Assembly (NCBI GenBank): GCA_018817595.1
Contig: JAHITU010000001.1
Location: forward strand, 32,109 to 96,108
Source of the DNA: Patescibacteria group bacterium
GTDB taxonomy: Bacteria > Patescibacteriota > Minisyncoccia > Phycocordibacterales > UBA12079
DNA: 64,000 bases
Direction: 5' to 3'
The notes below the pieces were generated by a model. The model did not search any database. It saw only the letters and a program-made list of their open reading frames with translations, and had not been told where the DNA came from. Below, one piece after another: positions 10,388 through 19,922 of the stretch. Each line of letters opens with the position of its first letter. Position 1 is the stretch's first letter. Made by a program: the position numbers and the translations under genes.

Positions 10388-10568
10388 CCCGTTAGAGATA
10401 GTTTGTCAAAGACAAACGTTCTCGAGTTAAGTTAATAATTTTTTGTTCCCGTTTTATCTATATTAATAATAAGTATTTATTCTCTCCAAATCTCCAACGG
10501 GATTCATATCTCTATTATACCAAAAAACCCTTAAATTATAACCAATCCTATGCTAAACTAATCCCATA

Positions 10569-11117
10569 ATGAAAATACTTTTACTTACCCCTTTATATCC
10601 CCCAGAAATATCAGAGCCAGCTCCTTATATTAAAAAATTGGCAGAGCTTTTGAATGAAAAAAATATAAATACAACAATCATAACTTATTCACTTATTCCT
10701 GAAAAGATAACTGGGGTAAAAATAATCTCCATAAATAAACATCTCCCCTTATTATTAAGACTTAGTTTATTTACTATAAAATTATTTTTTGAATCCTTTA
10801 AAACAGATATTATTTATTCCCAAAATGGAGCCTCTGTAGAACTTCCGCTATTAATAATCTCTAAATTTACAAGAAAACCATACATCATCAGAAAAGGAGA
10901 TGCTTTAGCTTACGAAAAAGCTTCCCAAAATAGATATATCAAGAACATCCAAAGACTTACTTTTGGAAATGCTTACAAAATAATAAAAGAAACCCCTTTA
11001 AAGAAACCAGAACTAACACCCTTTAAAGAAGTTTCTTTGGAAGACCATAGTCGTTACAAAAATTCCTGGGAAAATCATTCTGGAATGTTAATAGAAACTT
11101 TTAAAAATGCCAAGTAA
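10569..11117 (+). CDS. GT4 N-terminal-domain-only protein (half glycosyltransferase or truncated remnant)
   Basis: 182 aa. MKILLLTPLYPPEISEPAPYIKKLAELL parallels the N-terminus of the divergent GT4 at 9290-10387. No C-terminal catalytic half is present. Confidence 0.45.
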   Translation: MKILLLTPLYPPEISEPAPYIKKLAELLNEKNINTTIITYSLIPEKITGVKIISINKHLPLLLRLSLFTIKLFFESFKTDIIYSQNGASVELPLLIISKFTRKPYIIRKGDALAYEKASQNRYIKNIQRLTFGNAYKIIKETPLKKPELTPFKEVSLEDHSRYKNSWENHSGMLIETFKNAK

Positions 11118-12195
11118 TGAAAATATAAAAAAGGAAATTCAAAATATCAGCCCCATTTTAAAAGAATTGGGTTATTCCCTAAACCAAACACAGCCTCACA
11201 TTATTGGAGAGAAATTGAATATGCAAGCTGTGACTACAGCCAGTGGCAAAAAATTAATTCTAGAGGGAATAAATCTAAAAAACAACGAGAAAGTAATTAT
11301 AAAAATAACTAAAGATCCTAGAGGAATTAAAGAAATTCAACATGAACATCGTTGCCGTAAAGCCTTAGAAAATATTATTTTCTCATATAATCAATTCTAC
11401 TCCCCTATAGAAATTCTTTTAACAAAAAAAGGAGATTATTTAATTTCAATTCAATCTTTCATCAAAAAAGAAAAAAACTTTATTGATTTATCATTAGAAA
11501 AACAATTTGACCTATCCCTACAAGGATTCAAAACACAAGAAGGAGCCCATGCAACTACTTACAGACATCTTAAGTCAATTGCAAAAACTTTTGGAAGAGT
11601 TAATTCTAATTGGTATATAAAATCATATAAAAGATTTCAAGAAAATATTTTAAGAAAGTTACCTCAAAATAAGGAACTTCAAACTTTGTTAGAAAAAGGT
11701 CTAAAAGAATTAGATGAAAATAAAATAATTATTGAACAGTATTGTAATTTCTTAACTCATACAGATTTTGTTCCTCATAATTTTAGAGTAGTTGATGACA
11801 AAATATATCTACTTGACCACTCAGCTATAAGATTTGGAAATAAATATGAAGGGTGGGCTCGTTTTCTTAATTTTATGACTTTGTATAATCGCCCATTAGA
11901 AGAAGCTTTAATTTTTTTTATTAAAAACAACAGAACATCAGAAGAATTTGTTTCCCTAAAAATGATGCGGATTTTCCGTCTTGGAGAAATTATTTGGTAT
12001 TATACTAATTTATTATCTAAAACATCGAGAGACTTAAATACGTTAACGAAGTCTAGAATAAAATTCTGGACAAATGTGTTGGAAGCTATTCTTCAAGATA
12101 AATTAATTTCAGAAAAAGATGTAAATGAGTATAAAAAACTTCGTGACTCTCTGAGAAGTCACGAAGAAAAAGAAAGACAAAAAGATTTACATTAA
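11107..12195 (+). CDS. Protein-kinase-like (aminoglycoside/choline-kinase-type) phosphotransferase
   Basis: 362 aa. HTDFVPHNFRV...IYLLDHSAIRFGNKYEG resembles the APH-family catalytic loop and DFG-like region (HGDxxxxN...D). Confidence 0.45.
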   Translation: MPSNENIKKEIQNISPILKELGYSLNQTQPHIIGEKLNMQAVTTASGKKLILEGINLKNNEKVIIKITKDPRGIKEIQHEHRCRKALENIIFSYNQFYSPIEILLTKKGDYLISIQSFIKKEKNFIDLSLEKQFDLSLQGFKTQEGAHATTYRHLKSIAKTFGRVNSNWYIKSYKRFQENILRKLPQNKELQTLLEKGLKELDENKIIIEQYCNFLTHTDFVPHNFRVVDDKIYLLDHSAIRFGNKYEGWARFLNFMTLYNRPLEEALIFFIKNNRTSEEFVSLKMMRIFRLGEIIWYYTNLLSKTSRDLNTLTKSRIKFWTNVLEAILQDKLISEKDVNEYKKLRDSLRSHEEKERQKDLH

Positions 12196-12731
12196 TCTAA
12201 TTTCTTAAATTCTTTTATTAAATCTTCATATTCATTCACAAGAGGATGTTCCCATGAATCTTTTAAAGCCTGTAAAACCAATTCTTCAAACCAAATTTTC
12301 TTTTCTTTTCCACGACCAAATTTTTTCCATAAATCTTCACCTTCCTTTTTATAGGTCTCTAACATATTTCCCATATTGTGAATTTTGTCAGCCACAGAAA
12401 CAGCTTTGGTTTCAACTGAAGCTTCTTTTAAATCTTTTGCATATTGTTCCTTACGTATTTCCCATTCTAAGTCCATATCTTCTGATATAGCATCTATAAT
12501 ACTCACAACATCTTCTCCTAAATCTTTTACTAATTCTGATCTAGAAGTATCAGAATCTTCCAAAACATCGTGCACTAATCCTGCAGCAATAACTTTATCA
12601 CCAAAACCATGCTGAGCTAATTTATTAGCCACCATAAAAGGATGAATAATATAAGGAAAACCATCATTTTTTCTTTTTTGGTCTTTATGTTTAATTATTG
12701 CTATACGTCCTGCTTTTTCTATGATATTCAT
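12192..12731 (-). CDS. HD-domain phosphohydrolase (RelA/SpoT-type HD, possible (p)ppGpp hydrolase)
   Basis: 179 aa. YIIHPFMVANKLAQHG...AAGLVHDVLEDSDTS is the HD motif in a SpoT-like hydrolase context. Confidence 0.65.
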   Translation of the reverse strand: MNIIEKAGRIAIIKHKDQKRKNDGFPYIIHPFMVANKLAQHGFGDKVIAAGLVHDVLEDSDTSRSELVKDLGEDVVSIIDAISEDMDLEWEIRKEQYAKDLKEASVETKAVSVADKIHNMGNMLETYKKEGEDLWKKFGRGKEKKIWFEELVLQALKDSWEHPLVNEYEDLIKEFKKLD

Positions 12732-12737
12732 TTAATT

Positions 12738-14042
12738 TTATTTAATTACTCTATTAAATACTTTTTCTTGCATATCTTTTGCTACCATATCCCAATTAAA
12801 TTTTCGCAAAACCATTTCTCTTGCATTATTTGTTATTCGTGCAACTTTTTCAGGGTTAGCTAAAATATCTTTTACTGCTTGTGCTATTTGTTCTGGGCTA
12901 TCTACATCTACCACCCACCCTGTTTCTGTTTTGTCAGGATTATGTTTTTTATCAAATAGAAATTCTTTTATCCCTCCAGCTTGAGTAGCAATTACTGGTA
13001 ATTTTGAAGCCATAGCTGATAAGAAAGCATTCCCTAGCCCTTCTGAACGACTTGGACAAACAAAAATATCGGCAGCTTTTCGGTAATTTGTAACCACTGA
13101 ACGATCCACTTTTCCTACAAAAACAACTCTGTGTTCTAAATCTAACTCCTTGGTTAAGGTTTTTAACATATCAACTTCATCACCTCCGCCAACAATAATA
13201 AATTTTATATTTTCAGGTAATAATTTCAAAGCCTGAATAGTAATATTAGTTGCTTTTTGATAAACCAAACGAGCCGTATTTACTAAGAAAATATCGCCTT
13301 CTTTTTTACCTAATTCTTTTCTAAGATTTTCAATTTCTTGTTCATCAAAAACAGCTGCCACATCTCGTGGGTTAGCTCCGTTATGAATCAATTCTATTGG
13401 TCCCTCAAAATTTCTTTTTCTTGCCCATTCAGAAAGAAAGGTAGAAATTGATTGAATTATATCAGCACTTGTGAAGGCTCTTTTAAATAAAGGCCATAAT
13501 GGTTTCATTGTTTTTTCTATATACTCGGGAGAGTCTCCTTCTTGTAAAGTCAGGATATATGATACTTTTGGGTTAAAGATTTTAAAAATAGCAGCAGGTA
13601 CTCCAGCAGAATGAGCCATCATTGACCAAATCCCATCATATTTATATTTTCGATGTAACCACAAAGCTTTCCAAGCTGCTAAAAATTGATACAGGGGTTT
13701 GTTTATATCTAATGGTAATCTTCCCAAATCTTCAAAAGTTGGATTCTTTTTTGTTATTCCAATTCTATGTACTAAAACATTTCCAATCTTTTCTACCTTT
13801 TCAATTTTTGAATCATATCGATTAGTTACCATATGAAATTCATAGTCATCTGGTTTAATTCTATCTGTAATTTCTTTGATAGCTGCCTCTGCACCACTAG
13901 TAAATTGCGGATAATAGGAAAGTGAAAATATTAATATTTTTTTCATTTTGATAAAATTAGTTTTTAATATATTTAAGTTTATCAGAATTTTGATAAAAAA
14001 AAAGAAGTGTAGCATCTCCAATGCTACACTCTTATAATTCAA
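12738..14042 (-). CDS. Glycosyltransferase family 4 with an N-terminal membrane segment
   Basis: 434 aa. CPSRSEGLGNAFLSAMASKLPVIATQAGGIKEFL. Confidence 0.8.
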   Translation of the reverse strand: MNYKSVALEMLHFFFFIKILINLNILKTNFIKMKKILIFSLSYYPQFTSGAEAAIKEITDRIKPDDYEFHMVTNRYDSKIEKVEKIGNVLVHRIGITKKNPTFEDLGRLPLDINKPLYQFLAAWKALWLHRKYKYDGIWSMMAHSAGVPAAIFKIFNPKVSYILTLQEGDSPEYIEKTMKPLWPLFKRAFTSADIIQSISTFLSEWARKRNFEGPIELIHNGANPRDVAAVFDEQEIENLRKELGKKEGDIFLVNTARLVYQKATNITIQALKLLPENIKFIIVGGGDEVDMLKTLTKELDLEHRVVFVGKVDRSVVTNYRKAADIFVCPSRSEGLGNAFLSAMASKLPVIATQAGGIKEFLFDKKHNPDKTETGWVVDVDSPEQIAQAVKDILANPEKVARITNNAREMVLRKFNWDMVAKDMQEKVFNRVIK

Positions 14043-14052
14043 AACAAAAAAA

Positions 14053-14664
14053 TTAATTTTTAGGAACAGGCTTGAAAAATTGTTTCATTTTTGATACCCA
14101 AACCCAATCAAAACCTGTAGTAATGTTACATTCCTCTTCATAAATGCTTGTCTCTACCAAAGAAATTCCTTGCGTAAGAGATGTTGTAAATTTATGGAAA
14201 GAATAAACATTGTTTATTCCAGGATAATTTTTACTTTCTCCTTCTCTTTCCCAGGATTCTTCTTGAATGGGAAAAAGAGGAGCTCCAGTCCAGATATTTT
14301 GGGGCAACTCTTCTAACATGGCTCGACAAGCGGCTAAAGGGATCGTCTCATACGTTGGAACAGTTTCTCCTAATGAAAAATACAAAAACCGAATTGATTT
14401 TGTATCATTGTTACCGTGTTTGATCTGGTATTTTTCCCGAAGGATAAATTGACCACAGCAGGTATAGACAGCCAAACAGACAACATTCACAAATCGAGTT
14501 AAAACACCATTTTTAAAACCAAGAAAGAACTCACCTTTGTTAATACATTCAGACATCCTTTTTACAGAATTAGATGCACCTTTACCATACTTTTCAACAG
14601 GAACACTTTCTGAACGCAACAAATCTAACAAACAATTTTCAGTAATACTAATAATCTTTTCCAA
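14053..14664 (-). CDS. Hypothetical protein; weak Nudix-box-like segment
   Basis: 203 aa. GETVPTYETIPLAACRAMLEEL approximates GX5EX7REUXEE. Weak evidence only. Confidence 0.3.
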   Translation of the reverse strand: MEKIISITENCLLDLLRSESVPVEKYGKGASNSVKRMSECINKGEFFLGFKNGVLTRFVNVVCLAVYTCCGQFILREKYQIKHGNNDTKSIRFLYFSLGETVPTYETIPLAACRAMLEELPQNIWTGAPLFPIQEESWEREGESKNYPGINNVYSFHKFTTSLTQGISLVETSIYEEECNITTGFDWVWVSKMKQFFKPVPKN

Positions 14665-14748
14665 AATTCACCTCTTTTTTATTTATAGTTGATTTTAAAG
14701 TACATAATACTTTACACATTAAATCATAAAAAATATATAAGTAAAGAC

Positions 14749-15621
14749 CTATTTATTTTCTTCTTTAATAGATTTTATATAATTTCCTAGAGTTCTAGTT
14801 TGTTTCCAACCTAAAGCTTTTATTTTTTTTGAATCAACCACAGACATCAGACGACTAGTTTTTGTCTGGGGTAACATCTCAATTTCTCCATTAAACATAT
14901 TAGCTACATCTAATAAAGAATAAATCTCATCAGCACTAATTCCAAACCCGTCTCCTTCTCCTTTTTCTCCTACTAATAATATCCCTGCTATAGTGTCATC
15001 AATATGAGTAAAAGAACGAGTTTGATTTCCTGGTTCTCTTACCTGTAAAGGTTCTCTTGCTAGATATTTCTGTTTAAAAGATTCAATTACTGTTCCATAT
15101 TCTCCGACCCCTCTTTCTCCCTCTCCATAAACATTATAAAAATAAGTAACCGCATAAGGTAAGTCATACCAACGACCATAATTAACCACTAATTCAGAAT
15201 TAACAGCTTTAGCCCAAGTATAAGGGGCTAAATCTCTTCCTGTAACTCCATCTTCTCTTGGCCCAACTGATTTAGTAGAAGAGCCAGCATAAACTAATTT
15301 ACATTTATTTTTCCGCCAAAATTCTAACACAGCTAATGTTCCTTTAATATTCAAATCCCAAACTATCTCAGGTTCATTTAAAGAAGCGGCTACCCGTGAA
15401 TATTCTCCTAAATGATAAATAATATCAGGTTTAACTGTAATTAATTTTTCTATATCCTTTGTATGTCCTTCAATATATTCAGCTCCTTCAATATGATTGT
15501 CTTTTGATCCAGTAAAATAATTATCAAGTGAAATCACTCGGTTATTTTTATCTTTGACTAATTCCTCTATTAAATGGGAGCCAATGAACCCAGCTCCTCC
15601 TGTTACTAAGATTGTTTTCAT
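14749..15621 (-). CDS. NAD-dependent epimerase/dehydratase (SDR, UDP-sugar epimerase or decarboxylase family)
   Basis: 290 aa. MKTILVTGGAGFIGSHL is the Rossmann motif and YAVTYFYNVYG the catalytic Y-x3-K region. Confidence 0.8.
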   Translation of the reverse strand: MKTILVTGGAGFIGSHLIEELVKDKNNRVISLDNYFTGSKDNHIEGAEYIEGHTKDIEKLITVKPDIIYHLGEYSRVAASLNEPEIVWDLNIKGTLAVLEFWRKNKCKLVYAGSSTKSVGPREDGVTGRDLAPYTWAKAVNSELVVNYGRWYDLPYAVTYFYNVYGEGERGVGEYGTVIESFKQKYLAREPLQVREPGNQTRSFTHIDDTIAGILLVGEKGEGDGFGISADEIYSLLDVANMFNGEIEMLPQTKTSRLMSVVDSKKIKALGWKQTRTLGNYIKSIKEENK

Positions 15622-15655
15622 GTGTTTATTGTATCAAAATACTAAGGTAATTCAA

Positions 15656-17125
15656 TTAAAAAGGTTTTTCGTTGTCCATATCTAATTTTGTGGCATAACC
15701 TACCCCTCCAACTGCTACCAAAGTAATTCCAAACAAAATAAAACTCCATTTATTTAAAGGAAATTTTGATTTTTTATCTCCTTCTTCTTTTTGTGGTCCT
15801 ATCATGTCTAAAGATTCATTTATTTTCGCTATTTGATTATTAGAACTTTCATCTAAGACAACTTCTCTAGGTTTTTCGACAGAATAAACAATTGGTTCTG
15901 GAACAATAATATTTTTTTCAAGATTATAACTTATTGTTTTTTGTTCAATGATTATTTTTTCAACATAATTAAAGGCTATCATTCCATTTGGATAAAGTAG
16001 CTGTATCTCTGAATTATCATTTGGTAATAATTTTGTAATATCAAAAGGTAATTTAATAAAAGAATTAGATAATAAAATAGTGTTTTTAGGCAAAGTAAAA
16101 TAACTATTATCAGCCTTTATTCTCCACCATGAAATATCTAAATCATTATCTGAAGAATTATGTAATTCAATAAAATTATCTTGTGATGAAATATTCACTT
16201 TTGAAATTTCTATTTCAGCAGGAACAACTTCTATTTTCATTTTATCACAAGTTGAATGTTCCCCTGAAATTACTTCCAACATTACTAAATATTCCCCTGG
16301 ATAAACATAATTATGCAAAACTTTTTGTCCTTCTTTCTTAGAACCATCACCAAAGGTCCATAGATAATAAGCATTTTTCAACGGTTCATCTTTTAAACCT
16401 AAAGCTTTACCATTTAGTTCAAAATCCGCTCCAGCAATGGGTAAATATTCTAATTCATCTATTTCTGCTTTTATATTTATCTTTACGATATCACGAGCAG
16501 AATTTGAAGGTGATGATGAACTGGTTGTTGAAGTAGTATCAACAACATTTTCATCATTAGTTGTAGAAGTAGAATTTTCTTCTATATAATTAACTTTTCC
16601 CAAGGTGGGACTAGAAGCTACCCAATTACCATTTATTTTTTGCAAAGATTTACCGTCTCCATTAGCTCCCCATTCTGATAAATAATTTACAGAATCAATA
16701 TCTAATAAATCTGAATTCCTAATTACTAAAATTTCACCTGTGTTTTTTAAAGAAAATGAAGTATCTAAAACCAAACCTGCAAAATTTGGTTGATCTTCAA
16801 AAAACTTTTCTGGATTATCAGATAAAATCGCATAACCCCCTCCATTAATAATAGTATTTCCACCCTCCAAAATAGATTTTATTTTATGATTAACTTCAGC
16901 TTCGTATAATCTATATTCACTCAAATTAACATCCTCTGTTCCTGAATTATAAACTTCAATCCATTCTCTCCCAGTGTCTCCTCCAATTTCTAAATCATAC
17001 ATTATTTCTGTAATTTCAATCTGAGCCAAAGAAACAATAGGAATAAAAAAGAAAAAGGAAAAAGCAGCTACCAAACATAGCTGTTTTTTATTTAAAATTA
17101 AATTATTCTTCAGGATGTTTAACAT
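15656..17125 (-). CDS. Lamin-tail-domain (LTD) surface protein with N- and C-terminal transmembrane segments
   Basis: 489 aa. ITEIMYDLEIGGDTGREWIEVYNSG and FIELHNSSDNDLDISWWRIK are two LTD-like repeats, with a signal/TM N-terminus and a C-terminal TM. Confidence 0.6.
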   Translation of the reverse strand: MLNILKNNLILNKKQLCLVAAFSFFFFIPIVSLAQIEITEIMYDLEIGGDTGREWIEVYNSGTEDVNLSEYRLYEAEVNHKIKSILEGGNTIINGGGYAILSDNPEKFFEDQPNFAGLVLDTSFSLKNTGEILVIRNSDLLDIDSVNYLSEWGANGDGKSLQKINGNWVASSPTLGKVNYIEENSTSTTNDENVVDTTSTTSSSSPSNSARDIVKINIKAEIDELEYLPIAGADFELNGKALGLKDEPLKNAYYLWTFGDGSKKEGQKVLHNYVYPGEYLVMLEVISGEHSTCDKMKIEVVPAEIEISKVNISSQDNFIELHNSSDNDLDISWWRIKADNSYFTLPKNTILLSNSFIKLPFDITKLLPNDNSEIQLLYPNGMIAFNYVEKIIIEQKTISYNLEKNIIVPEPIVYSVEKPREVVLDESSNNQIAKINESLDMIGPQKEEGDKKSKFPLNKWSFILFGITLVAVGGVGYATKLDMDNEKPF

Positions 17126-19010
17126 ATAGCATTTTTTCTAAATTTTCTCTTGAAACACCATTTTCAGGCTTTCTTTCAGGTTCTTTAGGGTAAAATATTC
17201 GAGAAGAATCTTCCTGTGATGTTTTTATTTCTGAATCTTTGGCTTTAATTTCTTCACGAATAATATTCTGGTTATTATTTTCAGACTCCTCTGTCTCTAC
17301 TTTTATTTTTCTTTGAGAAATTTCTTCTTTCCCGCCTCCTTGACGGGTCGCCGATGAGGCGGTTTCTCTTTCTTTCACTTCTTTTTCTAGACTTTTCATT
17401 GCTTCAGACAATGCCTGTTTTAATTGGTTTTTATTTTCAACCGCCACTCGAGGGGCCTTAACAAATTTTGACTTAACAAACTCTTTTTTATCATTTTTAT
17501 TCAGATCACCTAAACTAATTCTGTTACTTTTTGTTTGAGGATATATTTTTTTAGCAAAAGATTCTTCAGACGTAGAAATAATTGGCAAAACTTCATCTTT
17601 GTCATTAATCTTTCTTGTTGGAATTCTTGCTGTGCTAGGTTTTGCTTTAGCAACAGGTTTAACCTTGGTAGAATCTAGCCATTCTTCAATATTTCTTTCC
17701 ACCTCTTCTTTAGCTGCAGCAAAACTCTTTCTAGAATTTTCTAGGATTTCATTTTTATAAGAAAATTCTGGTTTAGTTATAGGTGGTAAGGTTCTTGCAG
17801 AAAAAGGCGTAGAACCGATTCCGTCAATCATCAAACGAAGATAAATTTGAGCAAAACCTAAATTAACAATATCTTCTGCTAAAAAGTTTGGAGCAAATTC
17901 TTTTTCTAATTGTTCCGCATCAGTTGCCCCCACCCTAAAAGCAATCATAGTTCCTACGTTACCAAATACTGCAGCATGCACTGTCTCTGGCATTTGTTCT
18001 ATATATTGATGAGCGATAGTTAAGTTCAATTTATATTTTCTAGCTTGAGATAAAATATCAGCGAAAGAATCATTAGCTAGGTTTTGAAATTCGTCGATAT
18101 ATAAATAAAAATTAGGGAGTTTTGCTAATTCATCACTAGAAACATCAGCACGACTCATCGCTGCTAAATAAATCTTTGTAGTTAACATTGAACCTAATAA
18201 GTTTGCGTTAGCTTCTCCAACCTGCCCAATAGAAAGATTCACTAAAAGAATCTTTTTGCTATCCAAGACATCTCTGAAATCAAAAGAAGACTTTGATTGT
18301 CCAACAATATTTCGTATTAAAGGATTAGAAGTAAATTGACCTACCTTGTTTAGAATGGCAGCATAAGCATCTTTTCTATATCTCTCGTCCCAACCAGCAA
18401 ACTCTTCAGTCCAAAAAGATTTTACTGATGAATCAGTAATATTATCCACTACTTTTTTTCGATATTTTGCATCGGTAAAGATTTTGGTCATTCCCAACAT
18501 AGTAGATCCAGGGTATTCCAAAAGGGCTAACAAAGTATTGTTGGTGATGTGTTCCATTCGGTCAGAAAAAGTATCTTCTCCCCAAATCTTTTTGAAAGCC
18601 GAAAGTAGCCCTTGAGCTACCAAGTGTCTTTTATCAGGACCAACATCTTCCATAACATTAAAAGAAATCGGGTGCTCGGTATCAAAAGGGGCAAAATAAA
18701 TCACATCCTCGATTCTCTCTTCGGGAACATAATCAAGAAATTTCTTAACTGATTGTCCGTGGGGGTCAATAAAACAAATTCCATTTCCACTTTTAATATC
18801 TTGTACTGCCATGTTTTCCAACATAGTAGATTTTCCCATACCGGTTTTACCAATCACATAGACGTGACGAGTTCTATCAGAGGCTTTAATACCAAAAGGA
18901 GTTCTTTTATTTCTACGATCTACCTCAGCAAAATATGTAATAGGATTATCATTATTCATTGTTGTAATTATATAAGAAAAAAGAAAAAGTTGAAAGTGAT
19001 TGACAAACAT
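17103..19010 (-). CDS. TraD/VirD4/TraG-like AAA ATPase (coupling-protein-like, soluble)
   Basis: 635 aa. Walker A VIGKTGMGKST, Walker B LYIDEFQNL, an IAHQYIEQ Q-motif, and a K/E-rich low-complexity tail. Overlaps the LTD gene by 23 nt. Confidence 0.6.
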   Translation of the reverse strand: MFVNHFQLFLFSYIITTMNNDNPITYFAEVDRRNKRTPFGIKASDRTRHVYVIGKTGMGKSTMLENMAVQDIKSGNGICFIDPHGQSVKKFLDYVPEERIEDVIYFAPFDTEHPISFNVMEDVGPDKRHLVAQGLLSAFKKIWGEDTFSDRMEHITNNTLLALLEYPGSTMLGMTKIFTDAKYRKKVVDNITDSSVKSFWTEEFAGWDERYRKDAYAAILNKVGQFTSNPLIRNIVGQSKSSFDFRDVLDSKKILLVNLSIGQVGEANANLLGSMLTTKIYLAAMSRADVSSDELAKLPNFYLYIDEFQNLANDSFADILSQARKYKLNLTIAHQYIEQMPETVHAAVFGNVGTMIAFRVGATDAEQLEKEFAPNFLAEDIVNLGFAQIYLRLMIDGIGSTPFSARTLPPITKPEFSYKNEILENSRKSFAAAKEEVERNIEEWLDSTKVKPVAKAKPSTARIPTRKINDKDEVLPIISTSEESFAKKIYPQTKSNRISLGDLNKNDKKEFVKSKFVKAPRVAVENKNQLKQALSEAMKSLEKEVKERETASSATRQGGGKEEISQRKIKVETEESENNNQNIIREEIKAKDSEIKTSQEDSSRIFYPKEPERKPENGVSRENLEKMLYVKHPEE

Positions 19011-19076
19011 ATTATGTTAATGTATGATAAAAAAAGAAATTCATTAATAAACACAAAACAAATTAGGAGGTTTAAA

Positions 19077-19484
19077 ATGGAAATTGAATTAAAACAATGG
19101 GTCAAAGGAAAAAGAACCCCATCAGATAACCCAGCAAATATACTAGCAACGGAAGACGAGACACATTTTTGTTTTGACTTCCCCCTTTCTGTTTGGTCAA
19201 ATGGTTCTACAATTTGTGTTGTCCCAAAAGATGGCACAAAAGCTGAATGGCTTGACGGCTTCAAAACAGAAATTGAAATAGTCGGTCGTTCTTCCAAAAC
19301 AGAAAGATTGGGAATGGGTTGCAACCCAAAAAACTGGAGACATTATCTCAACCCTCTGTTTATTGTGAACCAAGAGATTCTTGATTTACTTTTGAAGTTC
19401 GGAGAGGAAAACAATTTGACCAATTTAATCGAATTGGTCAAAAAAGGAAATCCTCATCCTGATTTCCCGATCAAAAGATTTTGA
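19077..19484 (+). CDS. Hypothetical protein (start moved to the ATG after the AGGAGG RBS)
   Basis: AGGAGG at 19065-19070, ATG at 19077, 135 aa (MEIELKQWVKGKRTP...). The listed ORF start at 18753 runs antisense through the ATPase gene. A hairpin terminator sits at 19495-19525. Confidence 0.5.
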   Translation: MEIELKQWVKGKRTPSDNPANILATEDETHFCFDFPLSVWSNGSTICVVPKDGTKAEWLDGFKTEIEIVGRSSKTERLGMGCNPKNWRHYLNPLFIVNQEILDLLLKFGEENNLTNLIELVKKGNPHPDFPIKRF

Positions 19485-19526
19485 AGAATTAAAACCCCTG
19501 AACACAAAATACCAGTGTTCAGGGGT

Positions 19527-19790
19527 TGATTTATTTCTGGACTGCTTCGCAAGCTCGCAGAGACGAATTTTGCTTTGCAAAATTCGTTAACGAAAAGCTT
19601 TGCTTTTCGTACGAACGAGACTTTGTCTCGTCCGTCTTTGCGAGGAGGTCACGACAGTCTACCCGTCCTTGCTTGCTACTGCGCACCCCTGCGCGCCGGC
19701 AGGCGTGGCCAGGCAGGGATGAGGTGGGAAGCAATCCAGAGATTTTTACAAAAATACTCCAGTTAACTGGAATAGTTTTTCTTAATTCTT
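19527..19790. repeat. Composite GC-enriched repeat element (family E core, three hairpins, partial family A)
   Basis: ctggactgcttcgcaagctcgcagagacgaa (19537-19567) is followed by three perfect hairpins: cgaattttgc/gcaaaattcg, acgaaaagc/gcttttcgt and acgagac/gtctcgt. Then cccctgcgcgccggcaggcgtggccaggcaggg. Confidence 0.6.
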
Positions 19791-19922
19791 AAATCCAAAA
19801 AAAAAAATAAACTCAAAATCGGATACAGTTCAAGGAATCGAAGGAAAAAATTTTGAGTCGTACTTCAGGTACGGTGAAAAATATTTTTCTGCGGCTGACG
19901 AAGAAATGTGCCGATTTTGGGT

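Noticed and set aside
18753-19076. 5' extension of the listed ORF 18753-19484
   Set aside because: The first 108 codons are antisense to the ATPase gene. A strong AGGAGG precedes the internal ATG at 19077.
19526-19792. Listed ORFs 19526-19792 (+), 19531-19734 (-) and 19575-19766 (+)
   Set aside because: Three mutually overlapping frames lie over a GC-rich composite repeat with three perfect hairpins. No RBS is present. They are artefacts of local GC enrichment.
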